Sequence record: PP400779
Source: Escherichia phage JM17
Length of the DNA stretch: 64,000 nt
Strand: one strand, 5' to 3'
The first letter of the stretch is position 1. Every line of letters begins with the position of its first letter. Made by a program: the position numbers and the translations under genes. Shown here piece by piece: positions 1 through 9,651 of this stretch. The notes below the pieces were generated by a model. The model was not told the origin of the DNA and ran no database searches. It worked only from the letters and a program-made list of their open reading frames with translations.

Positions 1-164
1 ACCTACTCAGCAGTTTATGTCAAAAGGAAAACGTTTCTCTGCGAATACTGTTTGGAAATCTTAATTCTATTCTCTTCCGTTCTTCTGATATTCTGTAACC
101 GGATTAATGGAAGAGACCTAAAACCATTATACTGCATTTTTATTAAAGCGTTTTTGAGGTGCTT

Positions 165-749
165 ATGACTCGTCCAGCGAGACAGATTTTTAACCAAACA
201 AATATAACAAACTTTGTTGTGGATATCCCGGATAGTACACGAACTTCAGGTTTTGTGCTCAATGCCCAAACGGCACCGTTGCCAGGTGTGAGAATTCCTG
301 TTGTTGAAACTGTGACAGGCACAATGGGGTTAGGACGTGCAATGCGTGCAGGCACCACATTTGAATATGACCCTTTTGTTGTACGATTTATAGTTGATGA
401 AGACATGACGTCCTGGATGAACATGTATAAATGGATGCTCAGCACTAATAACTATATAACCGGACATAATACGGCCCACTCCGATGGTCCTGAGTTTGTT
501 ACTTTGCACATTTTAAACAACAATAAGACTGAAGTAGTTTTGACGGCAAATTTCTATAAACCATGGATTTCTGATTTGAGTGAAATTGAATTTAGTTACA
601 CTGAAGACTCTGACCCTGCCGTTACGTGCGTAGCAACTATTCACTACGCGTATATGACGATAGAAAAGGATGGCGAAGTCATTGTGTCTCAACAACCACG
701 TCAAGCAGTCGAATCTAAATCCATTTCTAGACACCCTTCCTTGCGTTAA
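165..749 (+). CDS. 3: tail completion / sheath stabilizer protein (T4 gp3-like), assigned mainly by position
   Basis: ORF (track 159..749 uses GTG); ATG at 165 follows GAGG; lies immediately upstream of gene 1 as in T4 synteny. Confidence 0.45.
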   Translation: MTRPARQIFNQTNITNFVVDIPDSTRTSGFVLNAQTAPLPGVRIPVVETVTGTMGLGRAMRAGTTFEYDPFVVRFIVDEDMTSWMNMYKWMLSTNNYITGHNTAHSDGPEFVTLHILNNNKTEVVLTANFYKPWISDLSEIEFSYTEDSDPAVTCVATIHYAYMTIEKDGEVIVSQQPRQAVESKSISRHPSLR

Positions 750-802
750 TCGCTTCTAGCTCCGTATGTTATAATCACTCATAAATTATATGAGGAAAAC
801 CT

Positions 803-1537
803 ATGGAGCTAATCTTTTTAAGTGGCATCAAACGTAGTGGTAAAGACACTACTGCTGATTACATCAATTCAAACTTTAAATCCGTAAAATACCAATTGGC
901 ATATCCGATTAAAGACGCTCTAGCAATAGCCTGGGGACGTAAACATGCTGAAGATCCTGATGTATTCACAGAGTTGAAATACGAATACTTTGAAGGCATT
1001 GGATATGACCGTGAAACACCATTAAATCTCAATAAGTTGGATGTTATTGAATTATTGGAAGAAGCGCTAATTTATTTACAAAGTCAATATTTACCAATTA
1101 ATAATGTTAAAGTATTATCATCATTAGAAGGTGGGTATTCATATCTAGATATTAAACCATATGAAGCCCTGCGTGAAGCTATAAATAATATCAACGACAC
1201 ATGGTCAATCCGCCGTCTTATGCAAGCCCTCGGTACGGATGTTGTCGTTAATTTATTTGACCGTATGTATTGGGTTAAACTTTTTGCATTAAACTATATG
1301 GATTATATTGGAAGTGATTTCGATTACTATGTTGTAACCGATACACGCCAAGTCCATGAAATGGAAACCGCTAGAGCGATGGGTGCTACAGTTATTCATG
1401 TGGTTCGCTCTGGTACGGAATCCACTGATAAACATATTACAGAAGCTGGGTTGCCTATTGAAGAAGGCGATTTAGTTATTACAAACGACGGCTCTTTAGA
1501 AGAGCTTTATTCTAAAATTGAAACAATCTTAAGGTAA
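803..1537 (+). CDS. 1: deoxynucleoside monophosphate kinase (T4 gp1)
   Basis: 244 aa; N-terminal P-loop FLSGIKRSGKDTTADY; C-terminal ...ATVIHVVR...GLPI..GDLVITNDGSLEEL matches T4 gp1 as recalled. Confidence 0.9.
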   Translation: MELIFLSGIKRSGKDTTADYINSNFKSVKYQLAYPIKDALAIAWGRKHAEDPDVFTELKYEYFEGIGYDRETPLNLNKLDVIELLEEALIYLQSQYLPINNVKVLSSLEGGYSYLDIKPYEALREAINNINDTWSIRRLMQALGTDVVVNLFDRMYWVKLFALNYMDYIGSDFDYYVVTDTRQVHEMETARAMGATVIHVVRSGTESTDKHITEAGLPIEEGDLVITNDGSLEELYSKIETILR

Positions 1538-1541
1538 TAAA

Positions 1542-2227
<686 letters not shown>

Positions 2228-2240
2228 TTTTCACAAAACA

Positions 2241-2280
2241 GTTTACATAAGGATGATGGTGTGTTACTATCATCCTATCA
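2241..2280 (+). promoter_or_regulatory. early sigma70-type promoter (GTTTAC -35, TACTAT -10) with GGATGAT/ATCATCC inverted repeat
   Basis: GTTTAC at 2241-2246, about 17-nt spacer, TACTAT; palindrome 2251-2275; upstream of ORF 2305. Confidence 0.5.
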
Positions 2281-2304
2281 AATAAACAACCTCAAGGAAA
2301 TAAA

Positions 2305-2616
2305 ATGAAAACCTATCAAGAATTCATCGCGGAAGCTACTAAAGCAGATAAAAATTTTGTTATTAACACTAACGGCCCGTTAGATGATGAATACGCTAAT
2401 GCTATTATTAAGTCAATTTCTAATCAAGGCGTTGAAGTATCAAATTTCGAATATAAGAAAAATGATACTTATATGGTAATTAGTATCAAAAAAGGTTCAA
2501 AGGCTAAAATTAAATCTGCATTTGGTGTTATGCGAGTCGACCAAATCGATAACCACGATTTTTCACAAACAGGGGTTAAACGCCAAAATACCATTTCTTC
2601 TAAAGGCATAAAATAA
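2305..2616 (+). CDS. internal protein (IP)-like; N-terminal capsid-targeting sequence MKTYQEFIAE
   Basis: 103 aa; first 10 aa equal the T4 IPIII capsid-targeting/prohead-protease leader as recalled. Confidence 0.6.
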   Translation: MKTYQEFIAEATKADKNFVINTNGPLDDEYANAIIKSISNQGVEVSNFEYKKNDTYMVISIKKGSKAKIKSAFGVMRVDQIDNHDFSQTGVKRQNTISSKGIK

Positions 2617-2656
2617 TTTACAACACGATAGGACTATGTTATAGTAGTCCTATCAA
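2617..2656 (+). promoter_or_regulatory. PeSL-like early promoter cassette (TTTACA ... TATAGT inside palindrome ATAGGACTA/TAGTCCTAT)
   Basis: perfect 9-bp inverted repeat flanking the -10 hexamer; the same core recurs near 2955, 8003, 9300, 18835, 57800. Confidence 0.5.
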
Positions 2657-2677
2657 AACAACCAAATGGAACCTAAA

Positions 2678-2941
2678 ATGAAAACTTTCAACGAATTCAT
2701 CTCAGAATCATCTGGTGTGAAAATTAACAAAGCGGTCAATCAGGTTATTGCTGATATTCTTAATTTGTATAACATTGACTTAACTCCGCATATCACGCTT
2801 GGTAACAAACGAAACTTTTTCGTATTTGACACATCCGAACTTGATGAAAATCAGTTCAATAATATTCAACGTTTTGCTAATGATAAAGGTCTTCGACACG
2901 AGCCTGGTGGCTATAAAAAATACGCAATATATTTGAAATAA
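2678..2941 (+). CDS. internal protein-like (leader MKTFNEFISE)
   Basis: CTS-like N-terminus; alternative ATG at 2666. Confidence 0.5.
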   Translation: MKTFNEFISESSGVKINKAVNQVIADILNLYNIDLTPHITLGNKRNFFVFDTSELDENQFNNIQRFANDKGLRHEPGGYKKYAIYLK

Positions 2942-3010
2942 AGGTATACAAGCCTATAGGGATATGTTATAGTAGTCCTATCAAAACAAATGAGTAAATG
3001 GAGAAATAAA

Positions 3011-3196
3011 ATGAAACGCGCTGAACTGATTCGTAATGTTGCTGTAGTAATTGCTTCAATGGCTTTTAGTTTTTCGATGTTTGTAGGATTCATTTGCGGA
3101 CTACTGACAACAACTGAAAATTCTATCTCATTGGTAGTAGCATTTCTAATCGGTTTAATCGCTATCGTTATGGATAAAATTGCAAAAGGCGAGTAA
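3011..3196 (+). CDS. small membrane protein (two predicted TM helices)
   Basis: GGAG 7 nt upstream of ATG 3011; hydrophobic stretches. Confidence 0.4.
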   Translation: MKRAELIRNVAVVIASMAFSFSMFVGFICGLLTTTENSISLVVAFLIGLIAIVMDKIAKGE

Positions 3197-3197
3197 A

Positions 3198-3560
3198 ATG
3201 AAATATCACGTATATGCGGATTTTGAAGCAAATCCTTCTAAAGACCCCGATTGTCGTTTGATACGCAGACCATTTGATTCAGCAGCTCAAGCCTGGGCCT
3301 GGATTAAAACTTGTACTCCTTCTTACACTTTCTTTGAAGTGGTAGACGATAACGGTGTTCTGCATCCAGAACCTACAGAAACTATTAATTTCCTTCTGTT
3401 TGCTGGTTATGACTGTTATCCTCTTGGTGGTATTGACGACCTTGTTGCTACAGGAAAAACTTTTGAAGCTCTTCGCGAAATTTATAAAAACGCGGAAGAA
3501 AATTTTGACTGGTATCATATTGTTGATGCTCATACCTTTGAAATGGTGGAACATTCATGA
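3198..3560 (+). CDS. hypothetical protein
   Basis: ORF with ATG 3198 two nt after the upstream stop; no motif recognised. Confidence 0.4.
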   Translation: MKYHVYADFEANPSKDPDCRLIRRPFDSAAQAWAWIKTCTPSYTFFEVVDDNGVLHPEPTETINFLLFAGYDCYPLGGIDDLVATGKTFEALREIYKNAEENFDWYHIVDAHTFEMVEHS

Positions 3561-3841
3561 TTCTTTATGCTAAAGTATCGTCCATTGAGAACGGATATGA
3601 AAGCGACCAACGTGCAGCTAAAGCACTAGTTAATGACTACGGTATTCTGACTATCTTTGAGGTTGAAAAGGTTTATATCGACCGTTCATCTTCGCAAGTT
3701 AAATTACTCTGTGAAGACGATAAATTTAACACAGTTAACTTTGATTTCTTTATTGAAACAGAAAAAGGCCCTCTTGAATATGACATTTTCAAGAATCCTT
3801 TAGGACTTGATTGCATTCAGAACACATACACAATATGGTGA
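3557..3841 (+). CDS. hypothetical protein
   Basis: ATGA start/stop overlap with upstream ORF. Confidence 0.4.
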   Translation: MILYAKVSSIENGYESDQRAAKALVNDYGILTIFEVEKVYIDRSSSQVKLLCEDDKFNTVNFDFFIETEKGPLEYDIFKNPLGLDCIQNTYTIW

Positions 3842-3962
3842 GAAATCGTTTTGCCAACTGTTAAAATGATTGATTTGCTTTAAGAATTATGTGTTATTAT
3901 TAATTCATACCCTCTATTACCAAAGGTACTCTAAAGTGCCTTTCATAATAGAAAGTTATTTA

Positions 3963-4036
3963 GGCCCTGTAGCTCAATGGTTAGCAGCAGTCCCCTCATA
4001 AGGGAAAGGTTACCAGTTCGAATCTGGTCTGGGTCA
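3963..4036 (+). tRNA. tRNA with anticodon CAU (Met, or Ile2 if lysidine-modified)
   Basis: hand-folded cloverleaf: acceptor GGCCCTG/CTGGGTC (one U-U mismatch), D-loop with GG, anticodon loop CUCAUAA, T-arm ACCAG-TTCGAAT-CTGGT. Confidence 0.6.
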
Positions 4037-4042
4037 TATATT

Positions 4043-4119
4043 CGAGGCATAGCTCAATTGTATAGAGCAACGGATTTCTAATCCGTAGGTTGAAGGTTAG
4101 AATCCTTCTGCCTCGACCA
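4043..4119 (+). tRNA. tRNA-Arg (anticodon UCU), CCA encoded
   Basis: acceptor CGAGGCA/TGCCTCG, D-stem GCTC/GAGC, anticodon stem ACGGA/TCCGT with loop TTTCTAA, T-arm GAAGG-TTAGAAT-CCTTC, discriminator A plus CCA. Confidence 0.85.
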
Positions 4120-4435
4120 AATAAGAAGCCGGGTCGCTACCGGTAAGTCGTCGGACTGATGTTCCCTGAGTAAGGACTGGTCTTAATAAATCTTTACGAT
4201 TTGTTAATATCCCCTTACATCACAGCAGAAACGGCGCACCGAATTATCGATTCGAGGAAATATCTTTGCCGTAAGCCGAGTAGCGTTTTTGACGGAACGT
4301 TCGGATATGGTCGAGATATGGCCTTTTAAAAATATTGAGTAGCGTCAACTGCTTAATAACCGGGTTCGAATCCCGGCGTTTCGTACAAACACTTGCCTTA
4401 GCAGGTGGGACCCCGACAAGGTTGCCGCAAGGCTT
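4120..4435 (+). ncRNA. non-coding region after the tRNAs with tRNA-like T-arm (CCGGG-TTCGAAT-CCCGG at 4360-4376); candidate stable RNA or decayed tRNA
   Basis: no credible ORF; T-loop motif present but no full cloverleaf could be folded by hand. Confidence 0.25.
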
Positions 4436-4466
4436 AGCCCCTTCCTTATGGTTGGGGCTTTTTGGC
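4436..4466 (+). terminator. rho-independent terminator, copy 1 of a hairpin repeated three times
   Basis: CCCCTTCCTTATGGTTGGGGCTTTTTGG. Confidence 0.6.
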
Positions 4467-4508
4467 ATAATAATAAATAGATAAGTTAATTAACTTAGGA
4501 AAAGCAAC

Positions 4509-4973
4509 ATGAAATCATACGCTGAATTTTTGACTGAACAATCTAGTTCAGATGTAAAAGCCGCTGCGATTGCAGCAATTCAAGCAGGTAAATATTCTTA
4601 CAAAGACGCCTCTGATGAAGAACGTTTCCGTTTTATTAGAGATTTTAAAGCCGAAGGTTTTACTAATGCTAATACTGTTAGCCGAGTTTTTAAAAGCCTA
4701 GCTGCATCAGGTGAATTGTTCCAGAAAGCTACAGGTAAAGCACCTGCGCCAAAAGCGGACCCTAAAGCAGCTCAAGAAAAAAATATCGCCAAAGGAATTA
4801 TTTCTAAGTATGAAGCAATTCTTAAAGAGCTTTTAGTAATCAAAACAGAAGGACAGAAACTGGCACGAGCACATAGCTTCAAAGATAATCCTCACGCTCA
4901 TAGCCTTGAGTATGTTGAAGATATCCAAAAACTTATTAAAGACCGTATCTGGTCTGCTAAACAAATTAAATAA
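4509..4973 (+). CDS. internal protein-like basic protein (leader MKSYAEFLTE)
   Basis: 154 aa, Ala/Lys-rich; CTS-like N-terminus. Confidence 0.5.
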   Translation: MKSYAEFLTEQSSSDVKAAAIAAIQAGKYSYKDASDEERFRFIRDFKAEGFTNANTVSRVFKSLAASGELFQKATGKAPAPKADPKAAQEKNIAKGIISKYEAILKELLVIKTEGQKLARAHSFKDNPHAHSLEYVEDIQKLIKDRIWSAKQIK

Positions 4974-4979
4974 TAGAAT

Positions 4980-5010
4980 GCCCCCTTCCTTATGGTTGGG
5001 GCTTTTTGGT
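4980..5010 (+). terminator. rho-independent terminator, copy 2
   Basis: same 28-nt hairpin plus T-run as 4436-4466. Confidence 0.6.
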
Positions 5011-5097
5011 ATCTAGGGCATAAAAATATTTCATAAAGATGTTTACTTCTTCCCTAGATGTGTTACTATAGACCTATAAAAACATGAGGAAAATATT

Positions 5098-5403
5098 ATG
5101 AGTCTTTATACTGAACTGAATAAAAAATCTGAAGAATCTGCTGAAACTATTTTTAAAAACGTGCAAAAGCGTATTTTAGAAAAGATGTATAACACTGCAG
5201 CTAAAGGTGAAAAATCTTGCCGGTTTCCGATTAGGTGTTCTTCAGATTTATGCGCAAATACTATTGAATGGCTGGAAAGTGAAGGTCTTACGGTAGAGAA
5301 AAACCCGGCGACTTCTATTGACAGCGAATCATATATTAGTATTTCTTGGGATAAACCACGTATGAATGAAGGACACTACAAGTTGTTAAGTTGGAAAAAT
5401 TAA
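5098..5403 (+). CDS. hypothetical protein
   Basis: ORF behind a GTTTAC...TACTAT promoter and GAGGAAAA SD. Confidence 0.4.
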   Translation: MSLYTELNKKSEESAETIFKNVQKRILEKMYNTAAKGEKSCRFPIRCSSDLCANTIEWLESEGLTVEKNPATSIDSESYISISWDKPRMNEGHYKLLSWKN

Positions 5404-5471
5404 AAATAATGATGTACAAGCACCAAGGATGGTGATACTATAGACTTATCAACTACAGAGGAGTAAACAAA

Positions 5472-5636
5472 ATGACTACTTTAATTATTTGGTTCGATGA
5501 AAATGAAGAAACATACTGTGTGAATATTGGTGAAAGTCCAATGCCTGAATTTGAATCCTCGGATAAAAACTCTGTTGTATCTTGGGCTGAAGGTTATAAA
5601 GCCGCTAAAGGTGACGTTGAAATAATTTACATCTAA
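5472..5636 (+). CDS. small hypothetical protein (54 aa)
   Basis: not in track (under 60 aa); ATG preceded by AGAGGAG and a TGTACA...TACTAT promoter. Confidence 0.3.
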   Translation: MTTLIIWFDENEETYCVNIGESPMPEFESSDKNSVVSWAEGYKAAKGDVEIIYI

Positions 5637-5683
5637 GTACGTTTATGTTATAGTAATCACATCAAATCAAGAGGAGAAACAAA

Positions 5684-5911
5684 ATGGCTACAGTTAGTAT
5701 TGATGTCGTTGATTATGAATACACTGAAGAAGTTATTCGCAACCGTCACCCTGAAGTTCGTATCGATTCAGTCCAAGATTCCAAGTTTTGGACAACTGAG
5801 CTTAATCTGAGCGGTCCTTATGAAGCTGTTAAGAAGTTCATGGTTGAAGAATACTGCGAAGGCATGCACCCCGAAGACACCAAGTTTTATGTCAATTTGA
5901 TTAAAAAATAA
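5684..5911 (+). CDS. hypothetical protein
   Basis: ORF with SD AGAGGAGAA. Confidence 0.4.
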   Translation: MATVSIDVVDYEYTEEVIRNRHPEVRIDSVQDSKFWTTELNLSGPYEAVKKFMVEEYCEGMHPEDTKFYVNLIKK

Positions 5912-5960
5912 TTTACAAACTCTTGAGAGCAGAGTATAATGCTCTCGTTGGATAATAAAC
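5912..5960 (+). repeat. PeSL-like promoter cassette, copy A of a duplicated ~48-bp element
   Basis: ATTTACAAACTCTTGAGAGCAGAGTATAATGCTCTC...GGATAATAAA; nearly identical copy at 33140-33188. Confidence 0.6.
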
Positions 5961-5981
5961 CACCAATTGAAAGGTAATAAT

Positions 5982-6575
5982 ATGAACACACTGAAGAAAC
6001 TTGTTGAATTCATCCGCACTAAACTGGGTACTGCTATGGCTAAAAATCTGACTGTCGAAGAACAGTATAACGCAGCTGCAGATAAGTTGATCACCCAAAT
6101 CAAAGAACTAAAAACGGCTTCTGTTAAATCTATTAATGAAGAAAAACGTATTCGCGAACTTGTTAATGAAAAGAACAAGCAAGCCGCTTCTAAGGAACGT
6201 GAAATTCGTAAGCTCCTGGCTGAAGGACAAGATGTTACTATGCATGCTAAGCTTGGTCTTCTGTATCGTCGAACCGCCGAACAACTTAATACAAAAGCTG
6301 ACGGGTATGCCGCTATGCGAATTGAAATTGCTCGTAAGGTGGTTGAACTTGATGATGCTCGTCAGAATCTGGCAATCAAACTCGAATACATTCGTGAAAC
6401 TCGAGCAGCCAATGCCCTTGGTATCTCTACGGCTGATGATGTAATTGAAATCGCTGCACTGACTAAGGTTGATATCGAAGACACTCTGACTCGTGTTGAA
6501 ACGTTCAATGGCACTCCAGCCGGCGTCGAAACCACTTCTGCTGATGTACAAGAATATATTAACTCTTTGAAATAA
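5982..6575 (+). CDS. coiled-coil protein, possibly PspA/IM30-like
   Basis: 198 aa, heptad-rich Lys/Glu/Ala composition; GAAAGG SD; family assignment tentative. Confidence 0.35.
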   Translation: MNTLKKLVEFIRTKLGTAMAKNLTVEEQYNAAADKLITQIKELKTASVKSINEEKRIRELVNEKNKQAASKEREIRKLLAEGQDVTMHAKLGLLYRRTAEQLNTKADGYAAMRIEIARKVVELDDARQNLAIKLEYIRETRAANALGISTADDVIEIAALTKVDIEDTLTRVETFNGTPAGVETTSADVQEYINSLK

Positions 6576-6584
6576 AATAATACG

Positions 6585-6608
6585 GAGGACTCCGGTCCTC
6601 CTTTTGGA
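6585..6608 (+). terminator. rho-independent terminator
   Basis: GGAGGAC-TCCG-GTCCTCC followed by TTTTGG. Confidence 0.55.
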
Positions 6609-6624
6609 TAATAAAGGAGTTAAC

Positions 6625-7041
6625 ATGCGAAACCAAAATAATGATATTGACTCAATGTTCGAAGAGTTCCGAGATAAGGTAAATCCACCTACGTCTTTAG
6701 TTGATTCATTACGATATGTTGCAACTGGACGTAAATGGTACTGGTCGTCTTCTTATGAGACCACCGAGAAAACGGCTAGCCATAGCAGAAAATCTTTATT
6801 AGCCCCAGGTATTATGATTCATGATATCGGAGCTATTGCTAAACTAGTTGCAGACCATGATATTAGATTCACTGATTTCGTTGCTCCTACATGGTCTGTT
6901 TGTTGTTTAAACACCGAATTGGAATATATCAGTGAACGTTCAGATGATTACATAGGCTTTAGAGACAAGCTTTTAAGGTCTAACATGTTTTATATTGATA
7001 CAGAAGTTCTAGTCAATAATAAAAATACTACTTCACTTTAA
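6625..7041 (+). CDS. hypothetical protein
   Basis: AAGGAG SD then ATG 6625. Confidence 0.4.
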   Translation: MRNQNNDIDSMFEEFRDKVNPPTSLVDSLRYVATGRKWYWSSSYETTEKTASHSRKSLLAPGIMIHDIGAIAKLVADHDIRFTDFVAPTWSVCCLNTELEYISERSDDYIGFRDKLLRSNMFYIDTEVLVNNKNTTSL

Positions 7042-7192
7042 TCGTCGATTCTGAAACTATGTATGAAGGCAAGCCTTTGCTTAAGAGAGTTGATGCTTTA
7101 AGTGCTATTGATGCGCTTTATGAAACTATGGTTGTTAGTCCTAATTTCACTAACAATTTAATCCTTGAGCAATTTATTAAGGAATGTAGAAA

Positions 7193-7498
7193 ATGAGTAA
7201 GATTATTGAAATTAAAGTACCAGAGTTTAATGATGCCAAATCCGCTTCAGATGCAATTTATAAACTTCTGAATCAAGCTGAACGTATCGAAGAAGAAGCA
7301 ACAAAGATCGCAGACCAATATGCCGTATCATTTTCTGTAGGTGATTATGGTAGCGGTCGTACTTATTATCCTAAGGGTGAAATCGTATCCCAGTGGATGA
7401 AAAATGAAATTGAAAATAATGGTGGCGATGTTAAGCGTGAAGGTGATGGTTACGTTATTACTGAAGGTGCTTGGGTTTCGTCTTCTGCGTTGTGCTAA
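7193..7498 (+). CDS. small protein, member 1 of tandem family ending GAWVSSSALC
   Basis: 101 aa; C-terminal G-W-V-S/A-S-S-x-x-C shared with the next two ORFs. Confidence 0.45.
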   Translation: MSKIIEIKVPEFNDAKSASDAIYKLLNQAERIEEEATKIADQYAVSFSVGDYGSGRTYYPKGEIVSQWMKNEIENNGGDVKREGDGYVITEGAWVSSSALC

Positions 7499-7507
7499 GG
7501 AATCATT

Positions 7508-7780
7508 ATGTCTAAAGAACAAACCGAACTGGCTGAAGCTGTAGCAAAAATCTATGCAGCTATTGAGGCTGCCAAAGAAATTGCTGATAAACAAAACACA
7601 ACATTCGATTTGTACCCAGCTTATGGTATGGGTGGAACCTATCATTCACCAGGACATCTTAAAGCCGATCTTGAACGTTGTACAAAAAACGGCTATGCTG
7701 AATGGGCTGACGTTTACCAATACGACTACAACCTGAGCCTCGAAACTGGTGGTTGGGTCGCATCTTCTCACACTTGCTAA
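7508..7780 (+). CDS. small protein, member 2 of tandem family ending GGWVASSHTC
   Basis: 90 aa; AAGGAA SD; conserved C-terminal motif. Confidence 0.45.
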   Translation: MSKEQTELAEAVAKIYAAIEAAKEIADKQNTTFDLYPAYGMGGTYHSPGHLKADLERCTKNGYAEWADVYQYDYNLSLETGGWVASSHTC

Positions 7781-7789
7781 GGAAACAAT

Positions 7790-7987
7790 ATGTCTCGTGA
7801 ATTAGATTGTGCTGTACGTACGGCAGTAGCTGCCCTGGAAAACCTGTTCCAAATTGCAACAGAAGAACGCGAAGAAGTTACATTATGGATTGAAGATAAC
7901 GCAGGTCTGAATCTCCAGAACGCAATCTCATTATCAAATAATAGTATTACTGTTCAAGGCTGGGTATCATCTAGTTATTCTTGCTAA
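7790..7987 (+). CDS. small protein, member 3 of tandem family ending QGWVSSSYSC
   Basis: 65 aa; AAGGAAA SD; conserved C-terminal motif. Confidence 0.45.
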   Translation: MSRELDCAVRTAVAALENLFQIATEEREEVTLWIEDNAGLNLQNAISLSNNSITVQGWVSSSYSC

Positions 7988-8049
7988 AACAGTTTACAAC
8001 AAGATAGGGCTATGTTATAGTAGTCCTATCAAATTAAATGGAGTCCACA

Positions 8050-8289
8050 ATGATTTATTACGAAAGTATTGGAACCAAAGTGGTTGCTAAAACTATTACT
8101 CGTGAAAAGTTTGCAAAGATATTCGATATGCGTTATAAAAAATCTGAACACAAAGGCATCCGATTCGAAGATGCGCACTGTACAATTTGCCCTTATAATG
8201 AAGACATAAACGGTACAATCGTTCCATTGGTAGAAGCTTCACATGATGACCTCTGGGATGAATATAATATCGCATGTCGTGAAATTTAA
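8050..8289 (+). CDS. hypothetical protein
   Basis: ATG 8050 after GGAG (alternative ATG 8038); Cys/His pairs present. Confidence 0.35.
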   Translation: MIYYESIGTKVVAKTITREKFAKIFDMRYKKSEHKGIRFEDAHCTICPYNEDINGTIVPLVEASHDDLWDEYNIACREI

Positions 8290-8317
8290 GTTAATGAATT
8301 AATCCGAGGAAAATATT

Positions 8318-9274
8318 ATGATGTTAGTTATTGGTTCTCGTGCACTTCACTATCACGGTCTTATTGATTCTAGCGCTATCAAAAATAGTGATTGGGACTT
8401 TATTGCGGACCAAGGTTCTTGGAATGCATTCAAAAATCAAATGATGGGTGTATATGTCCACCAAGATAACCCTGATGTCCAAGTTTTCAAATGCTTCCAT
8501 AATGGACGCGAAACTCATTTTGAAGCATATATTGTTCCGGCAATCACTAATGTCCGTGAATTAGTCGGTGAACTCACTCCTGAAGATTTCACGTCTTCTT
8601 ATGACCTTTTAAAATACGCCAAGAAAAATTTGACTAAAGACTGTTTGAACGGGTTTTACTGGGCAACTCCTGAGATATGTCTTGCAATTAAGATGTCTCA
8701 TCGTTTCAAGAAAAATAATCCATTCTTTTTAAAGACTATGAACCATATTCAGTATCTTCGTGGTAAAGGTGTTACACTGAACGATGAACTTACTGAAATT
8801 ATGCTGAAACGCCAGAAAGAAACCTTGAACTATGCTCACCCGGTTCTTGACACTTCTAAAAGTGCGTTCTTTAAAGATGACATCTATACATATGACCATG
8901 ATACTATTCATGAAGCCATTGCACTAACAGACCGTCCAGCGTATACATTTTATATGAAAGACGGTTCTGAAGTCATGACCTCACGAGAGAAGTTCGAATC
9001 GTTACCAGAAATGGTCAAATTGGCCGGTGTATATGAAGAATCATGTGTACTAGCATTAGAACGTTCTCAGATTCCTAATGACTTTAAAATTAACCCTGAA
9101 GCCAGTTTCATGATGGCATTGGAAAAGGTCTGTACAAGCATCACCTCCGGTTGGTTCCGTGAATACGCCTGGGAAAGCTACAGCAAAGTAGTAAGTATGT
9201 ACCAAAGTTTAGGACATGACGATTACGTCAAACGTTTCAAACAAAATTTCCATATGGTAAAACCTTTCAAATAA
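8318..9274 (+). CDS. hypothetical protein with nucleotidyltransferase-fold-like N-terminal motif
   Basis: 318 aa; VIGSRALHYHGL...SDWDF resembles the GS...DxD minimal NTase signature. Confidence 0.4.
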   Translation: MMLVIGSRALHYHGLIDSSAIKNSDWDFIADQGSWNAFKNQMMGVYVHQDNPDVQVFKCFHNGRETHFEAYIVPAITNVRELVGELTPEDFTSSYDLLKYAKKNLTKDCLNGFYWATPEICLAIKMSHRFKKNNPFFLKTMNHIQYLRGKGVTLNDELTEIMLKRQKETLNYAHPVLDTSKSAFFKDDIYTYDHDTIHEAIALTDRPAYTFYMKDGSEVMTSREKFESLPEMVKLAGVYEESCVLALERSQIPNDFKINPEASFMMALEKVCTSITSGWFREYAWESYSKVVSMYQSLGHDDYVKRFKQNFHMVKPFK

Positions 9275-9344
9275 TTTCGCAAAACTGTTTACACAATTAT
9301 AGGACTATGTTATAGTAGTCCTATTAAAACATGAGGAGAATATT

Positions 9345-9650
9345 ATGAAATTAGGCGAAACCAATCGAATCGGTCTTTTTACAATATTTGCATCACCTTT
9401 TTACGTAGCTCTTTCTGTTGCAGTATTACAAAAGGCTTACAGTATGGATGGTGTTCCTGGTTTTGTATTCTTATCACCGTTTTTATTATTCGTCGGAGCT
9501 TTGTTATTATATGCCACGACTAGTTTCGACCATAACGTTTGGGTTAATTATAAATGTAAATTGTCTGAAGAAGAACACGCAGAAGCTCGTAAAAAAGCTA
9601 TTGAATCTACCAATCTAGAAAATTTCATTAAAGAATGCCGAGGAAAATAA
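9345..9650 (+). CDS. small membrane protein
   Basis: two hydrophobic helices. Confidence 0.4.
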   Translation: MKLGETNRIGLFTIFASPFYVALSVAVLQKAYSMDGVPGFVFLSPFLLFVGALLLYATTSFDHNVWVNYKCKLSEEEHAEARKKAIESTNLENFIKECRGK

Positions 9651-9651
9651 T

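Noticed and set aside
143-445. Minus-strand ORFs in the six-frame track (for example 143-445, 5768-6178, 6108-6626, 36992-37480, 38775-39227, 42329-42922, 43835-44275, 53770-54135)
   Set aside because: They lie antisense within well-supported + strand genes, lack ribosome-binding sites and have low-complexity composition; treated as shadow ORFs. Only 60535-60732 on the minus strand was kept.
4302-4384. Possible third tRNA ending at the CCGGG-TTCGAAT-CCCGG T-arm
   Set aside because: No acceptor, D or anticodon stems could be paired by hand; kept only as a tRNA-like remnant or stable-RNA candidate.
4244-4468. 74-aa minus-strand ORF across the tRNA-downstream region
   Set aside because: It overlaps the structured non-coding region and terminator hairpin and has no RBS; more likely non-coding.
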